A stretch of DNA of 64,000 nt from Auanema rhodensis. Lineage: Eukaryota; Animalia; Nematoda. The notes under the pieces were generated by a model. That model was not told the DNA's origin, made no database searches, and saw only the letters and a program-made list of their open reading frames with translations. Each line of letters opens with the position of its first letter. The stretch's first letter is position 1. This document shows positions 24,701 to 40,353 of the stretch, one piece after another. Position numbers and translations under genes: made by a program. The DNA lies in contig OZ059897.1 in the NCBI GenBank assembly GCA_964057225.1, forward strand, positions 17,918,001-17,982,000, read 5' to 3'.

Positions 24701-26320
24701 ACTTATATCAGTTGATATCTCGGTGCATTTTTAAGCTAGCGCAAATCTGATAACACAGATCGACGCAGCTTAAAAATCCGCATCGAATGCACTATACTAC
24801 ATTGAGAAACGCTTGATACAAAAATTAGTTATAATCGTTTGAAAAATGATGCATTAGTGTATGTTGAGTTTCCATGTACACTCAACATTGCTTCCAAAAA
24901 CATTTTGACAAAAATTTTTTCGAAAAATTTCAAAATAATTTAGCAAAAAGTAGATGTTTTTAGATTCCATTTTTCAAGGCAAAGACGATGGACAATGTTA
25001 TTCAACGAAAAAATAATTCTTCAGGGTGAAAATCGAGGATATAAGTGTGAACTTATATCAGTTGATATCTCGGTGCATTTTTAAGCTAGCGCAAATCTGA
25101 TAACACAGATCGACGCAGCTTAAAAATCCGCATCGAATGCACTATACTACATTGAGAAACGCTTGATACAAAAATTAGTTATAATCGTTTGAAAAATGAT
25201 GCATTAGTGTATGTTGAGTTTCCATGTACACTCAACATTGCTTCCAAAAACATTTTGACAAAAATTTTTTCGAAAAATTTCAAAATAATTTAGCAAAAAG
25301 TAGATGTTTTTAGATTCCATTTTTCAAGGCAAAGACGATGGACAATGTTATTCAACGAAAAAATTAATTCTTCAGGGTGAAAATCGAGGATATAAGTGTG
25401 AACTTATATCAGTTGATATCTCGGTGCATTTTTAAGCTAGCGCAAATCTGATAACACAGATCGACGCAGCTTAAAAATCCGCATCGAATGCACTATACTA
25501 CATTGAGAAACGCTTGATACAAAAATTAGTTATGATCGTTTGAAAAATGATGCATTAGTGTATGTTGAGTTTCCATGTACACTCAACATTGCTTCCAAAA
25601 ACATTTTGACAAAAATTTTTTCGAAAAATTTCAAAATAGTTTAGCAAAAAGTAGATGTTTTTAGATTCCATTTTTCAAGGCAAAGACGATGGACAATGTT
25701 ATTCAACGAAAAAATTAATTCTTCAGGGTGAAAATTGAGGATATAAGTGTGAACTTATATCAGTTGATATCTCGGTGCATTTTTAAGCTAGCGCAAATCT
25801 GATAACACAGATCGACGCAGCTTAAAAATCCGCATCGAATGCACTATACTACATTGAGAAACGCTTGATACAAAAATTAGTTATGATCGTTTGAAAAATG
25901 ATGCATTAGTGTATGTTGAGTTTCCATGTACACTCAACATTGTTTCCAAAAACATTTTGACAAAAATTTTTTCGAAAAATTTCAAAATAATTTAGCAAAA
26001 AGTAGATGTTTTTAGATTCCTTTTTTCAAGGCAAAGACGATGGACAATGTTATTCAACGAAAAAATTATTTCTTCAGGGTGAAAATCGAGGATATAAGTG
26101 TGAACTTATATCAGTTGATATCTCGGTGCATTTTTAAGCTAGCGCAAATCTGATAACACAGATCGACGCAGCTTAAAAATCCGCATCGAATGCACTATAC
26201 TACATCGAGAAACGCTTAATACAAAAATTAGTTATAATCGTTTGAAAAATGATGCATTAGTGTATGTTGAGTTTCCATGTACACTCAACATTGCTTCCAA
26301 AAACATTTTGACAAAAATTT
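21761..26320. repeat. 6-mer higher-order repeat, second copy a 7-mer
   Basis: The monomer series at 21761-23865 (224A; 132C+224A; 350-bp deletion monomer; 249G/267G; TTGTTTCC; CCTTTTTTC+TTATTTC) recurs at 23866-26320, with the deletion monomer doubled (24568, 24918). Confidence 0.85.
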
Positions 26321-29300
26321 TTTCGAAAAATTTCAAAATAATTTAGCAAAAAGTAGATGTTTTTAGATTCCATTTTTCAAGGCAAAGACGATGGACAATG
26401 TTATTCAACGAAAAAATTAATTCTTCAGGGTGAAAATCGAGGATATAAGTGTGAACTTATATCAGTTGATATCTCGGTGCATTTTTAAGCTAGCGCAAAT
26501 CTGATAACACAGATCGACGCAGCTTAAAAATCCGCATCGAATGCACTATACTACATTAAGAAACGCTTGATACAAAAATTAGTTATGATCGTTTGAAAAA
26601 TGATGCATTAGTGTATGTTGAGTTTCCATGTACACTCAACATTGTTTCCAAAAACATTTTGACAAAAATTTTTTCGAAAAATTTCAAAATAATTTAGCAA
26701 AAAGTAGATGTTTTTAGATTCCTTTTTTCAAGGCAAAGACGATGGACAATGTTATTCAACGAAAAAAATATTTCTTCAGGGTGAAAATCGAGGATATAAG
26801 TGTGAACTTATATCAGTTGATATCTCGGTGCATTTTTAAGCTAGCGCAAATCTGATAACACAGATCGACGCAGCTTAAAAATCCGCATCGAATGCACTAT
26901 ACTACATCGAGAAACGCTTAATACAAAAATTAGTTATAATCGTTTGAAAAATGATGCATTAGTGTATGTTGAGTTTCCATGTACACTCAACATTGCTTCC
27001 AAAAACATTTTGACAAAAATTTTTTCGAAAAATTTCAAAATAATTTAGCAAAAAGTAGATGTTTTTAGATTCCATTTTTCAAGGCAAAGACGATGGACAA
27101 TGTTATTCAACGAAAAAATTAATTCTTCAGGGTGAAAATCGAGGATATAAGTGTGAACTTATATCAGTTGATATCTCGGTGCATTTTTAAGCTAGCGCAA
27201 ATCTGATAACACAGATCGACGCAGCTTAAAAATCCGCATCGAATGCACTATACTACATTAAGAAACGCTTGATACAAAAATTAGTTATGATCGTTTGAAA
27301 AATGATGCATTAGTGTATGTTGAGTTTCCATGTACACTCAACATTGCTTCCAAAAACATTTTGACAAAAATTTTTTCGAAAAATTTCAAAATAATTTAGC
27401 AAAAAGTAGATGTTTTTAGATTCCATTTTTTAAGGCAAAGACGATGGACAATGTTATTCAACGAAAAAATTAATTCTTCAGGGTGAAAATTGAGGATATA
27501 AGTGTGAACTTATATCAGTTGATATCTCGGTGCATTTTTAAGCTAGCGCAAATCTGATAACACAGATCGACGCAGCTTAAAAATCCGCATCGAATGCACT
27601 ATACTACATCGAGAAACGCTTAATACAAAAATTAGTTATAATCGTTTGAAAAATGATGCATTAGTGTATGTTGAGTTTCCATGTACACTCAACATTGCTT
27701 CCAAAAACATTTTGACAAAAATTTTTTCGAAAAATTTCAAAATAATTTAGCAAAAAGTAGATGTTTTTAGATTCCATTTTTCAAGGCAAAGACGATGGAC
27801 AATGTTATTCAACGAAAAAATTAATTCTTCAGGGTGAAAATCGAGGATATAAGTGTGAACTTATATCAGTTGATATCTCGGTGCATTTTTAAGCTAGCGC
27901 AAATCTGATAACACAGATCGACGCAGCTTAAAAATCCACATCGAATGCACTATACTACATTGAGAAACGCTTAATACAAAAATTAGTTATAATCGTTTGA
28001 AAAATGATGCATTAGTGTATGTTGAGTTTCCATGTACACTCAACATTGCTTCCAAAAACATTTTGACAAAAATTTTTTCGAAAAATTTCAAAATAATTTA
28101 GCAAAAGTAGATGTTTTTAGATTCCATTTTTCAAGGCAAAGACGATGGACAATGTTATTCAACGAAAAAATTAATTCTTCAGGGTGAAAATCGAGGATAT
28201 AAGTGTGAACTTATATCAGTTGATATCTCGGTGCATTTTTAAGCTAGCGCAAATCTGATAACACAGATCGACGCAGCTTAAAAATCCGCATCGAATGCAC
28301 TATACTACATTGAGAAACGCTTGATACAAAAATTAGTTATGATCGTTTGAAAAATGATGCATTAGTGTATGTTGAGTTTCCATGTACACTCAACATTGCT
28401 TCCAAAAACATTTTGACAAAAATTTTTTCGAAAAATTTCGAAATAGTTTAGCAAAAAGTAGATGTTTTTAGATTCCATTTTTCAAGGCAAAGACGATGGA
28501 CAATGTTATTCAACGAAAAAATTAATTCTTCAGGGTGAAAATTGAGGATATAAGTGTGAACTTATATCAGTTGATATCTCGGTGCATTTTTAAGCTAGCG
28601 CAAATCTGATAACACAGATCGACGCAGCTTAAAAATCCGCATCGAATGCACTATACTACATCGAGAAACGCTTAATACAAAAATTAGTTATAATCGTTTG
28701 AAAAATGATGCATTAGTGTATGTTGAGTTTCCATGTACACTCAACATTGCTTCCAAAAACATTTTGACAAAAATTTTTTCGAAAAATTTCAAAATAATTT
28801 AGCAAAAAGTAGATGTTTTTAGATTCCTTTTTTCAAGGCAAAGACGATGGACAATGTTATTCAACGAAAAAATTATTTCTTCAGGGTGAAAATCGAGGAT
28901 ATAAGTGTGAACTTATATCAGTTGATATCTCGGTGCATTTTTAAGCTAGCGCAAATCTGATAACACAGATCGACGCAGCTTAAAAATCCGCATCGAATGC
29001 ACTATACTACATTAAGAAACGCTTGATACAAAAATTAGTTATGATCGTTTGAAAAATGATGCATTAGTGTATGTTGAGTTTCCATGTACACTCAACATTG
29101 CTTCCAAAAACATTTTGACAAAAATTTTTTCGAAAAATTTCAAAATAATTTAGCAAAAAGTAGATGTTTTTAGATTCCATTTTTTAAGGCAAAGACGATG
29201 GACAATGTTATTCAACGAAAAAATTAATTCTTCAGGGTGAAAATTGAGGATATAAGTGTGAACTTATATCAGTTGATATCTCGGTGCATTTTTAAGCTAG

Positions 29301-32300
29301 CGCAAATCTGATAACACAGATCGACGCAGCTTAAAAATCCGCATCGAATGCACTATACTACATTGAGAAACGCTTAATACAAAAATTAGTTATAATCGTT
29401 TGAAAAATGATGCATTAGTGTATGTTGAGTTTCCATGTACACTCAACATTGCTTCCAAAAACGTTTTGACAAAAATTTTTTCGAAAAATTTCAAAATAGT
29501 TTAGCAAAAAGTAGATGTTTTTAGATTCCATTTTTCAAGGCAAAGACGATGGACAATGTTATTCAACGAAAAAATTAATTCTTCAGGGTGAAAATTGAGG
29601 ATATAAGTGTGAACTTATATCAGTTGATATCTCGGTGCATTTTTAAGCTAGCGCAAATCTGATAACACAGATCGACGCAGCTTACAAATCCGCATCGAAT
29701 GCACTATACTACATTGAGAAACGCTTGATACAAAAATTAGTTATGATCGTTTGAAAAATGATGCATTAGTGTATGTTGAGTTTCCATGTACACTCAACAT
29801 TGCTTCCAAAAACATTTTGACAAAAATTTTTTCGAAAAATTTCAAAATAATTTAGCAAAAAGTAGATGTTTTTAGATTCCATTTTTCAAGGCAAAGACGA
29901 TGGACAATGTTATTCAACGAAAAAATTAATTCTTCAGGGTGAAAATCGAGGATATAAGTGTGAACTTATATCAGTTGATATCTCGGTGCATTTTTAAGCT
30001 AGCGCAAATCTGATAACACAGATCGACGCAGCTTAAAAATCCGCATCGAATGCACTATACTACATTGAGAAACGCTTAATACAAAAATTAGTTATAATCG
30101 TTTGAAAAATGATGCATTAGTGTATGTTGAGTTTCCATGTACACTCAACATTGCTTCCAAAAACGTTTTGACAAAAATTTTTTCGAAAAATTTCAAAATA
30201 GTTTAGCAAAAAGTAGATGTTTTTAGATTCCATTTTTCAAGGCAAAGACGATGGACAATGTTATTCAACGAAAAAATTAATTCTTCAGGGTGAAAATTGA
30301 GGATATAAGTGTGAACTTATATCAGTTGATATCTCGGTGCATTTTTAAGCTAGCGCAAATCTGATAACACAGATCGACGCAGCTTACAAATCCGCATCGA
30401 ATGCACTATACTACATTGAGAAACGCTTGATACAAAAATTAGTTATGATCGTTTGAAAAATGATGCATTAGTGTATGTTGAGTTTCCATGTACACTCAAC
30501 ATTGCTTCCAAAAACATTTTGACAAAAATTTTTTCGAAAAATTTCAAAATAATTTAGCAAAAAGTAGATGTTTTTAGATTCCATTTTTCAAGGCAAAGAC
30601 GATGGACAATGTTATTCAACGAAAAAATTAATTCTTCAGGGTGAAAATCGAGGATATAAGTGTGAACTTATATCAGTTGATATCTCGGTGCATTTTTAAG
30701 CTAGCGCAAATCTGATAACACAGATCGACGCAGCTTAAAAATCCGCATCGAATGCACTATACTACATTAAGAAACGCTTGATACAAAAATTAGTTATGAT
30801 CGTTTGAAAAATGATGCATTAGTGTATGTTGAGTTTCCATGTACACTCAACATTGCTTCCAAAAACATTTTGACAAAAATTTTTTCGAAAAATTTCAAAA
30901 TAATTTAGCAGAAAGTAGATGTTTTTAGATTCCATTTTTTAAGGCAAAGACGATGGACAATGTTATTCAACGAAAAAATTAATTCTTCAGGGTGAAAATT
31001 GAGGATATAAGTGTGAACTTATATCAGTTGATATCTCGGTGCATTTTTAAGCTAGCGCAAATCTGATAACACAGATCGACGCAGCTTAAAAATCCGCATC
31101 GAATGCACTATACTACATTGAGAAACGCTTAATACAAAAATTAGTTATAATCGTTTGAAAAATGATGCATTAGTGTATGTTGAGTTTCCATGTACACTCA
31201 ACATTGCTTCCAAAAACGTTTTGACAAAAATTTTTTCGAAAAATTTCAAAATAGTTTAGCAAAAAGTAGATGTTTTTAGATTCCATTTTTCAAGGCAAAG
31301 ACGATGGACAATGTTATTCAACGAAAAAATTAATTCTTCAGGGTGAAAATTGAGGATATAAGTGTGAACTTATATCAGTTGATATCTCGGTGCATTTTTA
31401 AGCTAGCGCAAATCTGATAACACAGATCGACGCAGCTTACAAATCCGCATCGAATGCACTATACTACATCGAGAAACGCTTAATACAAAAATTAGTTATA
31501 ATCGTTTGAAAAATGATGCATTAGTGTATGTTGAGTTTCCATGTACACTCAACATTGCTTCCAAAAACATTTTGACAAAAATTTTTTCGAAAAATTTCAA
31601 AATAATTTAGCAAAAAGTAGATGTTTTTAGATTCCATTTTTCAAGGCAAAGACGATGGACAATGTTATTCAACGAAAAAATTAATTCTTCAGGGTGAAAA
31701 TCGAGGATATAAGTGTGAACTTATATCAGTTGATATCTCGGTGCATTTTTAAGCTAGCGCAAATCTGATAACACAGATCGACGCAGCTTAAAAATCCGCA
31801 TCGAATGCACTATACTACATTAAGAAACGCTTGATACAAAAATTAGTTATGATCGTTTGAAAAATGATGCATTAGTGTATGTTGAGTTTCCATGTACACT
31901 CAACATTGCTTCCAAAAACATTTTGACAAACATTTTTTCGAAAAATTTCAAAATAATTTAGCAAAAAGTAGATGCTTTTAGATTCCATTTTCAAGGCAAA
32001 GACGATGGACAATGTTATTCAACGAAAAAATTAATTCTTCAGGGTGAAAATTGAGGATATAAGTGTGAACTTATATCAGATGATATCTCGGTGCATTTTT
32101 AAGCTAGCGCAAATCTGATAACACAGATCGACGCAGCTTAAAAATCCGCATCGAATGCACTATACTACATTGAGAAACGCTTAATACAAAAATTAGTTAT
32201 AATCGTTTGAAAAATGATGCATTAGTGTATGTTGAGTTTCCATGTACACTCAACATTGCTTCCAAAAACATTTTGACAAAAATTTTTTCGAAAAATTTCA

Positions 32301-35300
32301 AAATAGTTTAGCAAAAAGTAGATGTTTTTAGATTCCATTTTTCAAGGCAAAGACGATGGACAATGTTATTCAACGAAAAAATTAATTCTTCAGGGTGAAA
32401 ATTGAGGATATAAGTGCGAACTTATATCAGTTGATATCTCGGTGCATTTTTAAGCTAGCGCAAATCTGATAACACAGATCGACGCAGCTTAAAAATCCGC
32501 ATCGAATGCACTATACTACATTGAGAAACACTTGATACAAAAATTAGTTATGATCGTTTGAAAAATGATGCATTAGTGTATGTTGAGTTTCCAAGTACAC
32601 TCAACATTGCTTCCAAAAACATTTTGACAAAAATTTTTTCGAAAAATTTCAAAATAATTTAGCAAAAAGTAGATGTTTTTAGATTCCATTTTTCAAGGCG
32701 AAGACGATGGACAATGTTATTCAACGAAAAAATTAATTCTTCAGGGTGAAAATCGAGGATATAAGTGTGAACTTATATCAGTTGATATCTCGGTGCATTT
32801 TTAAGCTAGCGCAAATCTGATAACACAGATCGACGCAGCTTAAAAATCCGCATCGAATGCACTATACTACATCGAGAAACGCTTAATACAAAAATTAGTT
32901 ATAATCGTTTGAAAAATGATGCATTAGTGTATGTTGAGTTTCCATGTACACTCAACATTGCTTCCAAAAACATTTTGACAAAAATTTTTTCGAAAAATTT
33001 CAAAATAATTTAGCAAAAAGTAGATGTTTTTAGATTCCATTTTTCAAGGCAAAGACGATGGACAATGTTATTCAACGAAAAAATTAATTCTTCAGGGTGA
33101 AAATCGAGGATATAAGTGTGAACTTATATCAGTTGATATCTCGGTGCATTTTTAAGCTAGCGCAAATCTGATAACACAGATCGACGCAGCTTAAAAATCC
33201 GCATCGAATGCACTATACTACATTGAGAAACGCTTAATACAAAAATTAGTTATAATCGTTTGAAAAATGATGCATTAGTGTATGTTGAGTTTCCATGTAC
33301 ACTCAACATTGCTTCCAAAAACATTTTGACAAAAATTTTTTCGAAAAATTTCAAAATAATTTAGCAAAAAGTAGATGCTTTTAGATTCCATTTTTCAAGG
33401 CAAAGACGATGGACAATGTTATTCAACGAAAAAATTAATTCTTCAGGGTGAAAATTGAGGATATAAGTGCGAACTTATATCAGTTGATATCTCGGTGCAT
33501 TTTTAAGCTAGCGCAAATCTGATAACACAGATCGACGCAGCTTAAAAATCCGCATCGAATGCACTATACTACATTGAGAAACACTTGATACAAAAATTAG
33601 TTATGATCGTTTGAAAAATGATGCATTAGTGTATGTTGAGTTTCCAAGTACACTCAACATTGCTTCCAAAAACATTTTGACAAAAATTTTTTCGAAAAAT
33701 TTCAAAATAATTTAGCAAAAAGTAGATGTTTTTAGATTCCATTTTTCAAGGCGAAGACGATGGACAATGTTATTCAACGAAAAAATTAATTCTTCAGGGT
33801 GAAAATCGAGGATATAAGTGTGAACTTATATCAGTTGATATCTCGGTGCATTTTTAAGCTAGCGCAAATCTGATAACACAGATCGACGCAGCTTAAAAAT
33901 CCGCATCGAATGCACTATACTACATCGAGAAACGCTTAATACAAAAATTAGTTATAATCGTTTGAAAAATGATGCATTAGTGTATGTTGAGTTTCCATGT
34001 ACACTCAACATTGCTTCCAGAAACATTTTGACAAAAATTTTTTCGAAAAATTTCAAAATAATTTAGCAAAAAGTAGATGTTTTTAGATTCCATTTTTCAA
34101 GGCGAAGACGATGGACAATGTTATTCAACGAAAAAATTAATTCTTCAGGGTGAAAATCGAGGATATAAGTGTGAACTTATATCAGTTGATATCTCGGTGC
34201 ATTTTTAAGCTAGCGCAAATCTGATAACACAGATCGACGCAGCTTAAAAATCCGCATCGAATGCACTATACTACATTGAGAAACACTTGATACAAAAATT
34301 AGTTATGATCGTTTGAAAAATGATGCATTAGTGTATGTTGAGTTTCCAAGTACACTCAACATTGCTTCCAAAAACATTTTGACAAAAATTTTTTCGAAAA
34401 ATTTCAAAATAATTTAGCAAAAAGTAGATGTTTTTAGATTCCATTTTTCAAGGCGAAGACGATGGACAATGTTATTCAACGAAAAAATTAATTCTTCAGG
34501 GTGAAAATCGAGGATATAAGTGTGAACTTATATCAGTTGATATCTCGGTGCATTTTTAAGCTAGCGCAAATCTGATAACACAGATCGACGCAGCTTAAAA
34601 ATCCGCATCGAATGCACTATACTACATCGAGAAACGCTTAATACAAAAATTAGTTATAATCGTTTGAAAAATGATGCATTAGTGTATGTTGAGTTTCCAT
34701 GTACACTCAACATTGCTTCCAAAAACATTTTGACAAAAATTTTTTCGAAAAATTTCAAAATAATTTAGCAAAAAGTAGATGTTTTTAGATTCCATTTTTC
34801 AAGGCAAAGACGATGGACAATGTTATTCAACGAAAAAATTAATTCTTCAGGGTGAAAATCGAGGATATAAGTGTGAACTTATATCAGTTGATATCTCGGT
34901 GCATTTTTAAGCTAGCGCAAATCTGATAACACAGATCGACGCAGCTTAAAAATCCGCATCGAATGCACTATACTACATTGAGAAACGCTTAATACAAAAA
35001 TTAGTTATAATCGTTTGAAAAATGATGCATTAGTGTATGTTGAGTTTCCATGTACACTCAACATTGCTTCCAAAAACATTTTGACAAAAATTTTTTCGAA
35101 AAATTTCAAAATAATTTAGCAAAAAGTAGATGCTTTTAGATTCCATTTTTCAAGGCAAAGACGATGGACAATGTTATTCAACGAAAAAATTAATTCTTCA
35201 GGGTGAAAATCGAGGATATAAGTGTGAACTTATATCAGTTGATATCTCGGTGCATTTTTAAGCTAGCGCAAATCTGATAACACAGATCGACGCAGCTTAA

Positions 35301-35444
35301 AAATCCGCATCGAATGCACTATACTACATCGAGAAACGCTTAATACAAAAATTAGTTATAATCGTTTGAAAAATGATGCATTAGTGTATGTTGAGTTTCC
35401 ATGTACACTCAACATTGCTTCCAAAAACATTTTGACAAAAATTT

Positions 35445-38400
35445 TTTCGAAAAATTTCAAAATAATTTAGCAAAAAGTAGATGCTTTTAGATTCCATTTT
35501 CAAGGCAAAGACGATGGACAATGTTATTCAACGAAAAAATTAATTCTTCAGGGTGAAAATTGAGGATATAAGTGTGAACTTATATCAGATGATATCTCGG
35601 TGCATTTTTAAGCTAGCGCAAATCTGATAACACAGATCGACGCAGCTTAAAAATCCGCATCGAATGCACTATACTACATTGAGAAACGCTTAATACAAAA
35701 ATTAGTTATAATCGTTTGAAAAATGATGCATTAGTGTATGTTGAGTTTCCATGTACACTCAACATTGCTTCCAAAAACATTTTGACAAAAATTTTTTCGA
35801 AAAATTTCAAAATAATTTAGCAAAAAGTAGATGCTTTTAGATTCCATTTTTCAAGGCAAAGACGATGGACAATGTTATTCAACGAAAAAATTAATTCGTC
35901 AGGGTGAAAATTGAGGATATAAGTGTGAACTTATATCAGTTGATATCTCGGTGCATTTTTAAGCTAGCGCAAATCTGATAACACAGATCGACGCAGCTTA
36001 AAAATCCGCATCGAATGCACTATACTACATCGAGAAACGCTTAATACAAAAATTAGTTATAATCGTTTGAAAAATGATGCATTAGTGTATGTTGAGTTTC
36101 CATGTACACTCAACATTGCTTCCAAAAACATTTTGACAAAAATTTTTTCGAAAAATTTCAAAATAATTTAGCAAAAAGTAGATGCTTTTAGATTCCATTT
36201 TCAAGGCAAAGACGATGGACAATGTTATTCAACGAAAAAATTAATTCTTCAGGGTGAAAATTGAGGATATAAGTGTGAACTTATATCAGATGATATCTCG
36301 GTGCATTTTTAAGCTAGCGCAAATCTGATAACACAGATCGACGCAGCTTAAAAATCCGCATCGAATGCACTATACTACATTGAGAAACGCTTAATACAAA
36401 AATTAGTTATAATCGTTTGAAAAATGATGCATTAGTGTATGTTGAGTTTCCATGTACACTCAACATTGCTTCCAAAAACATTTTGACAAAAATTTTTTCG
36501 AAAAATTTCAAAATAATTTAGCAAAAAGTAGATGCTTTTAGATTCCATTTTTCAAGGCAAAGACGATGGACAATGTTATTCAACGAAAAAATTAATTCGT
36601 CAGGGTGAAAATTGAGGATATAAGTGTGAACTTATATCAGTTGATATCTCGGTGCATTTTTAAGCTAGCGCAAATCTGATAACACAGATCGACGCAGCTT
36701 AAAAATCCGAATCGAATGCACTATACTACATTGAGAAACGCTTAATACAAAAATTAGTTATAATCGTTTGAAAAATGATGCATTAGTGTATGTTGAGTTT
36801 CCATGTACACTCAACATTGCTTCCAAAAACGTTTTGACAAAAATTTTTTCGAAAAATTTCAAAATAGTTTAGCAAAAAGTAGATGTTTTTAGATTCCATT
36901 TTTCAAGGCAAAGACGATGGACAATGTTATTCAACGAAAAAATTAATTCTTCAGGGTGAAAATTGAGGATATAAGTGTGAACTTATATCAGTTGATATCT
37001 CGGTGCATTTTTAAGCTAGCGCAAATCTGATAACACAGATCGACGCAGCTTAAAAATCCGCATCGAATGCACTATACTACATCGAGAAACGCTTAATACA
37101 AAAATTAGTTATAATCGTTTGAAAAATGATGCATTAGTGTATGTTGAGTTTCCATGTACACTCAACATTGCTTCCAAAAACATTTTGACAAAAATTTTTT
37201 CGAAAAATTTCAAAATAATTTAGCAAAAAGTAGATGCTTTTAGATTCCATTTTCAAGGCAAAGACGATGGACAATGTTATTCAACGAAAAAATTAATTCT
37301 TCAGGGTGAAAATTGAGGATATAAGTGTGAACTTATATCAGATGATATCTCGGTGCATTTTTAAGCTAGCGCAAATCTGATAACACAGATCGACGCAGCT
37401 TAAAAATCCGCATCGAATGCACTATACTACATTGAGAAACGCTTAATACAAAAATTAGTTATAATCGTTTGAAAAATGATGCATTAGTGTATGTTGAGTT
37501 TCCATGTACACTCAACATTGCTTCCAAAAACATTTTGACAAAAATTTTTTCGAAAAATTTCAAAATAATTTAGCAAAAAGTAGATGCTTTTAGATTCCAT
37601 TTTTCAAGGCAAAGACGATGGACAATGTTATTCAACGAAAAAATTAATTCGTCAGGGTGAAAATTGAGGATATAAGTGTGAACTTATATCAGTTGATATC
37701 TCGGTGCATTTTTAAGCTAGCGCAAATCTGATAACACAGATCGACGCAGCTTAAAAATCCGCATCGAATGCACTATACTACATCGAGAAACGCTTAATAC
37801 AAAAATTAGTTATAATCGTTTGAAAAATGATGCATTAGTGTATGTTGAGTTTCCATGTACACTCAACATTGCTTCCAAAAACATTTTGACAAAAATTTTT
37901 TCGAAAAATTTCAAAATAATTTAGCAAAAAGTAGATGCTTTTAGATTCCATTTTCAAGGCAAAGACGATGGACAATGTTATTCAACGAAAAAATTAATTC
38001 TTCAGGGTGAAAATTGAGGATATAAGTGTGAACTTATATCAGATGATATCTCGGTGCATTTTTAAGCTAGCGCAAATCTGATAACACAGATCGACGCAGC
38101 TTAAAAATCCGCATCGAATGCACTATACTACATTGAGAAACGCTTAATACAAAAATTAGTTATAATCGTTTGAAAAATGATGCATTAGTGTATGTTGAGT
38201 TTCCATGTACACTCAACATTGCTTCCAAAAACATTTTGACAAAAATTTTTTCGAAAAATTTCAAAATAATTTAGCAAAAAGTAGATGCTTTTAGATTCCA
38301 TTTTTCAAGGCAAAGACGATGGACAATGTTATTCAACGAAAAAATTAATTCGTCAGGGTGAAAATTGAGGATATAAGTGTGAACTTATATCAGTTGATAT

Positions 38401-40353
38401 CTCGGTGCATTTTTAAGCTAGCGCAAATCTGATAACACAGATCGACGCAGCTTAAAAATCCGAATCGAATGCACTATACTACATTGAGAAACGCTTAATA
38501 CAAAAATTAGTTATAATCGTTTGAAAAATGATGCATTAGTGTATGTTGAGTTTCCATGTACACTCAACATTGCTTCCAAAAACGTTTTGACAAAAATTTT
38601 TTCGAAAAATTTCAAAATAGTTTAGCAAAAAGTAGATGTTTTTAGATTCCATTTTTTAAGGCAAAGACGATGGACAATGTTATTCAACGAAAAAATTAAT
38701 TCTTCAGGGTGAAAATTGAGGATATAAGTGTGAACTTATATCAGATGATATCTCGGTGCATTTTTAAGCTAGCGCAAATCTGATAACACAGATCGACGCA
38801 GCTTAAAAATCCGCATCGAATGCACTATACTACATTGAGAAACGCTTAATACAAAAATTAGTTATAATCGTTTGAAAAATGATGCATTAGTGTATGTTGA
38901 GTTTCCATGTACACTCAACATTGCTTCCAAAAACATTTTGACAAAAATTTTTTCGAAAAATTTCAAAATAATTTAGCAAAAAGTAGATGCTTTTAGATTC
39001 CATTTTTCAAGGCAAAGACGATGGACAATGTTATTCAACGAAAAAATTAATTCGTCAGGGTGAAAATTGAGGATATAAGTGTGAACTTATATCAGTTGAT
39101 ATCTCGGTGCATTTTTAAGCTAGCGCAAATCTGATAACACAGATCGACGCAGCTTAAAAATCCGCATCGAATGCACTATACTACATCGAGAAACGCTTAA
39201 TACAAAAATTAGTTATAATCGTTTGAAAAATGATGCATTAGTGTATGTTGAGTTTCCATGTACACTCAACATTGCTTCCAAAAACATTTTGACAAAAATT
39301 TTTTCGAAAAATTTCAAAATAATTTAGCAAAAAGTAGATGCTTTTAGATTCCATTTTCAAGGCAAAGACGATGGACAATGTTATTCAACGAAAAAATTAA
39401 TTCTTCAGGGTGAAAATTGAGGATATAAGTGTGAACTTATATCAGATGATATCTCGGTGCATTTTTAAGCTAGCGCAAATCTGATAACACAGATCGACGC
39501 AGCTTAAAAATCCGCATCGAATGCACTATACTACATTGAGAAACGCTTAATACAAAAATTAGTTATAATCGTTTGAAAAATGATGCATTAGTGTATGTTG
39601 AGTTTCCATGTACACTCAACATTGCTTCCAAAAACATTTTGACAAAAATTTTTTCGAAAAATTTCAAAATAATTTAGCAAAAAGTAGATGCTTTTAGATT
39701 CCATTTTTCAAGGCAAAGACGATGGACAATGTTATTCAACGAAAAAATTAATTCGTCAGGGTGAAAATTGAGGATATAAGTGTGAACTTATATCAGTTGA
39801 TATCTCGGTGCATTTTTAAGCTAGCGCAAATCTGATAACACAGATCGACGCAGCTTAAAAATCCGAATCGAATGCACTATACTACATTGAGAAACGCTTA
39901 ATACAAAAATTAGTTATAATCGTTTGAAAAATGATGCATTAGTGTATGTTGAGTTTCCATGTACACTCAACATTGCTTCCAAAAACGTTTTGACAAAAAT
40001 TTTTTCGAAAAATTTCAAAATAGTTTAGCAAAAAGTAGATGTTTTTAGATTCCATTTTTTAAGGCAAAGACGATGGACAATGTTATTCAACGAAAAAATT
40101 AATTCTTCAGGGTGAAAATTGAGGATATAAGTGTGAACTTATATCAGTTGATATCTCGGTGCATTTTTAAGCTAGCGCAAATCTGATAACACAGATCGAC
40201 GCAGCTTAAAAATCCGCATCGAATGCACTATACTACATCGAGAAACGCTTAATACAAAAATTAGTTATAATCGTTTGAAAAATGATGCATTAGTGTATGT
40301 TGAGTTTCCATGTACACTCAACATTGCTTCCAAAAACATTTTGACAAAAATTT
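35445..40353. repeat. Nested HOR: 701-bp dimer inside a 1753-bp 5-mer
   Basis: The TTCGTCAGG variant base lies at 35898, 36599, 37651, 38352, 39054 and 39755. The CCGAATCG variant lies at 36710, 38463 and 39866 (spacings 1753 and 1403). Confidence 0.88.
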
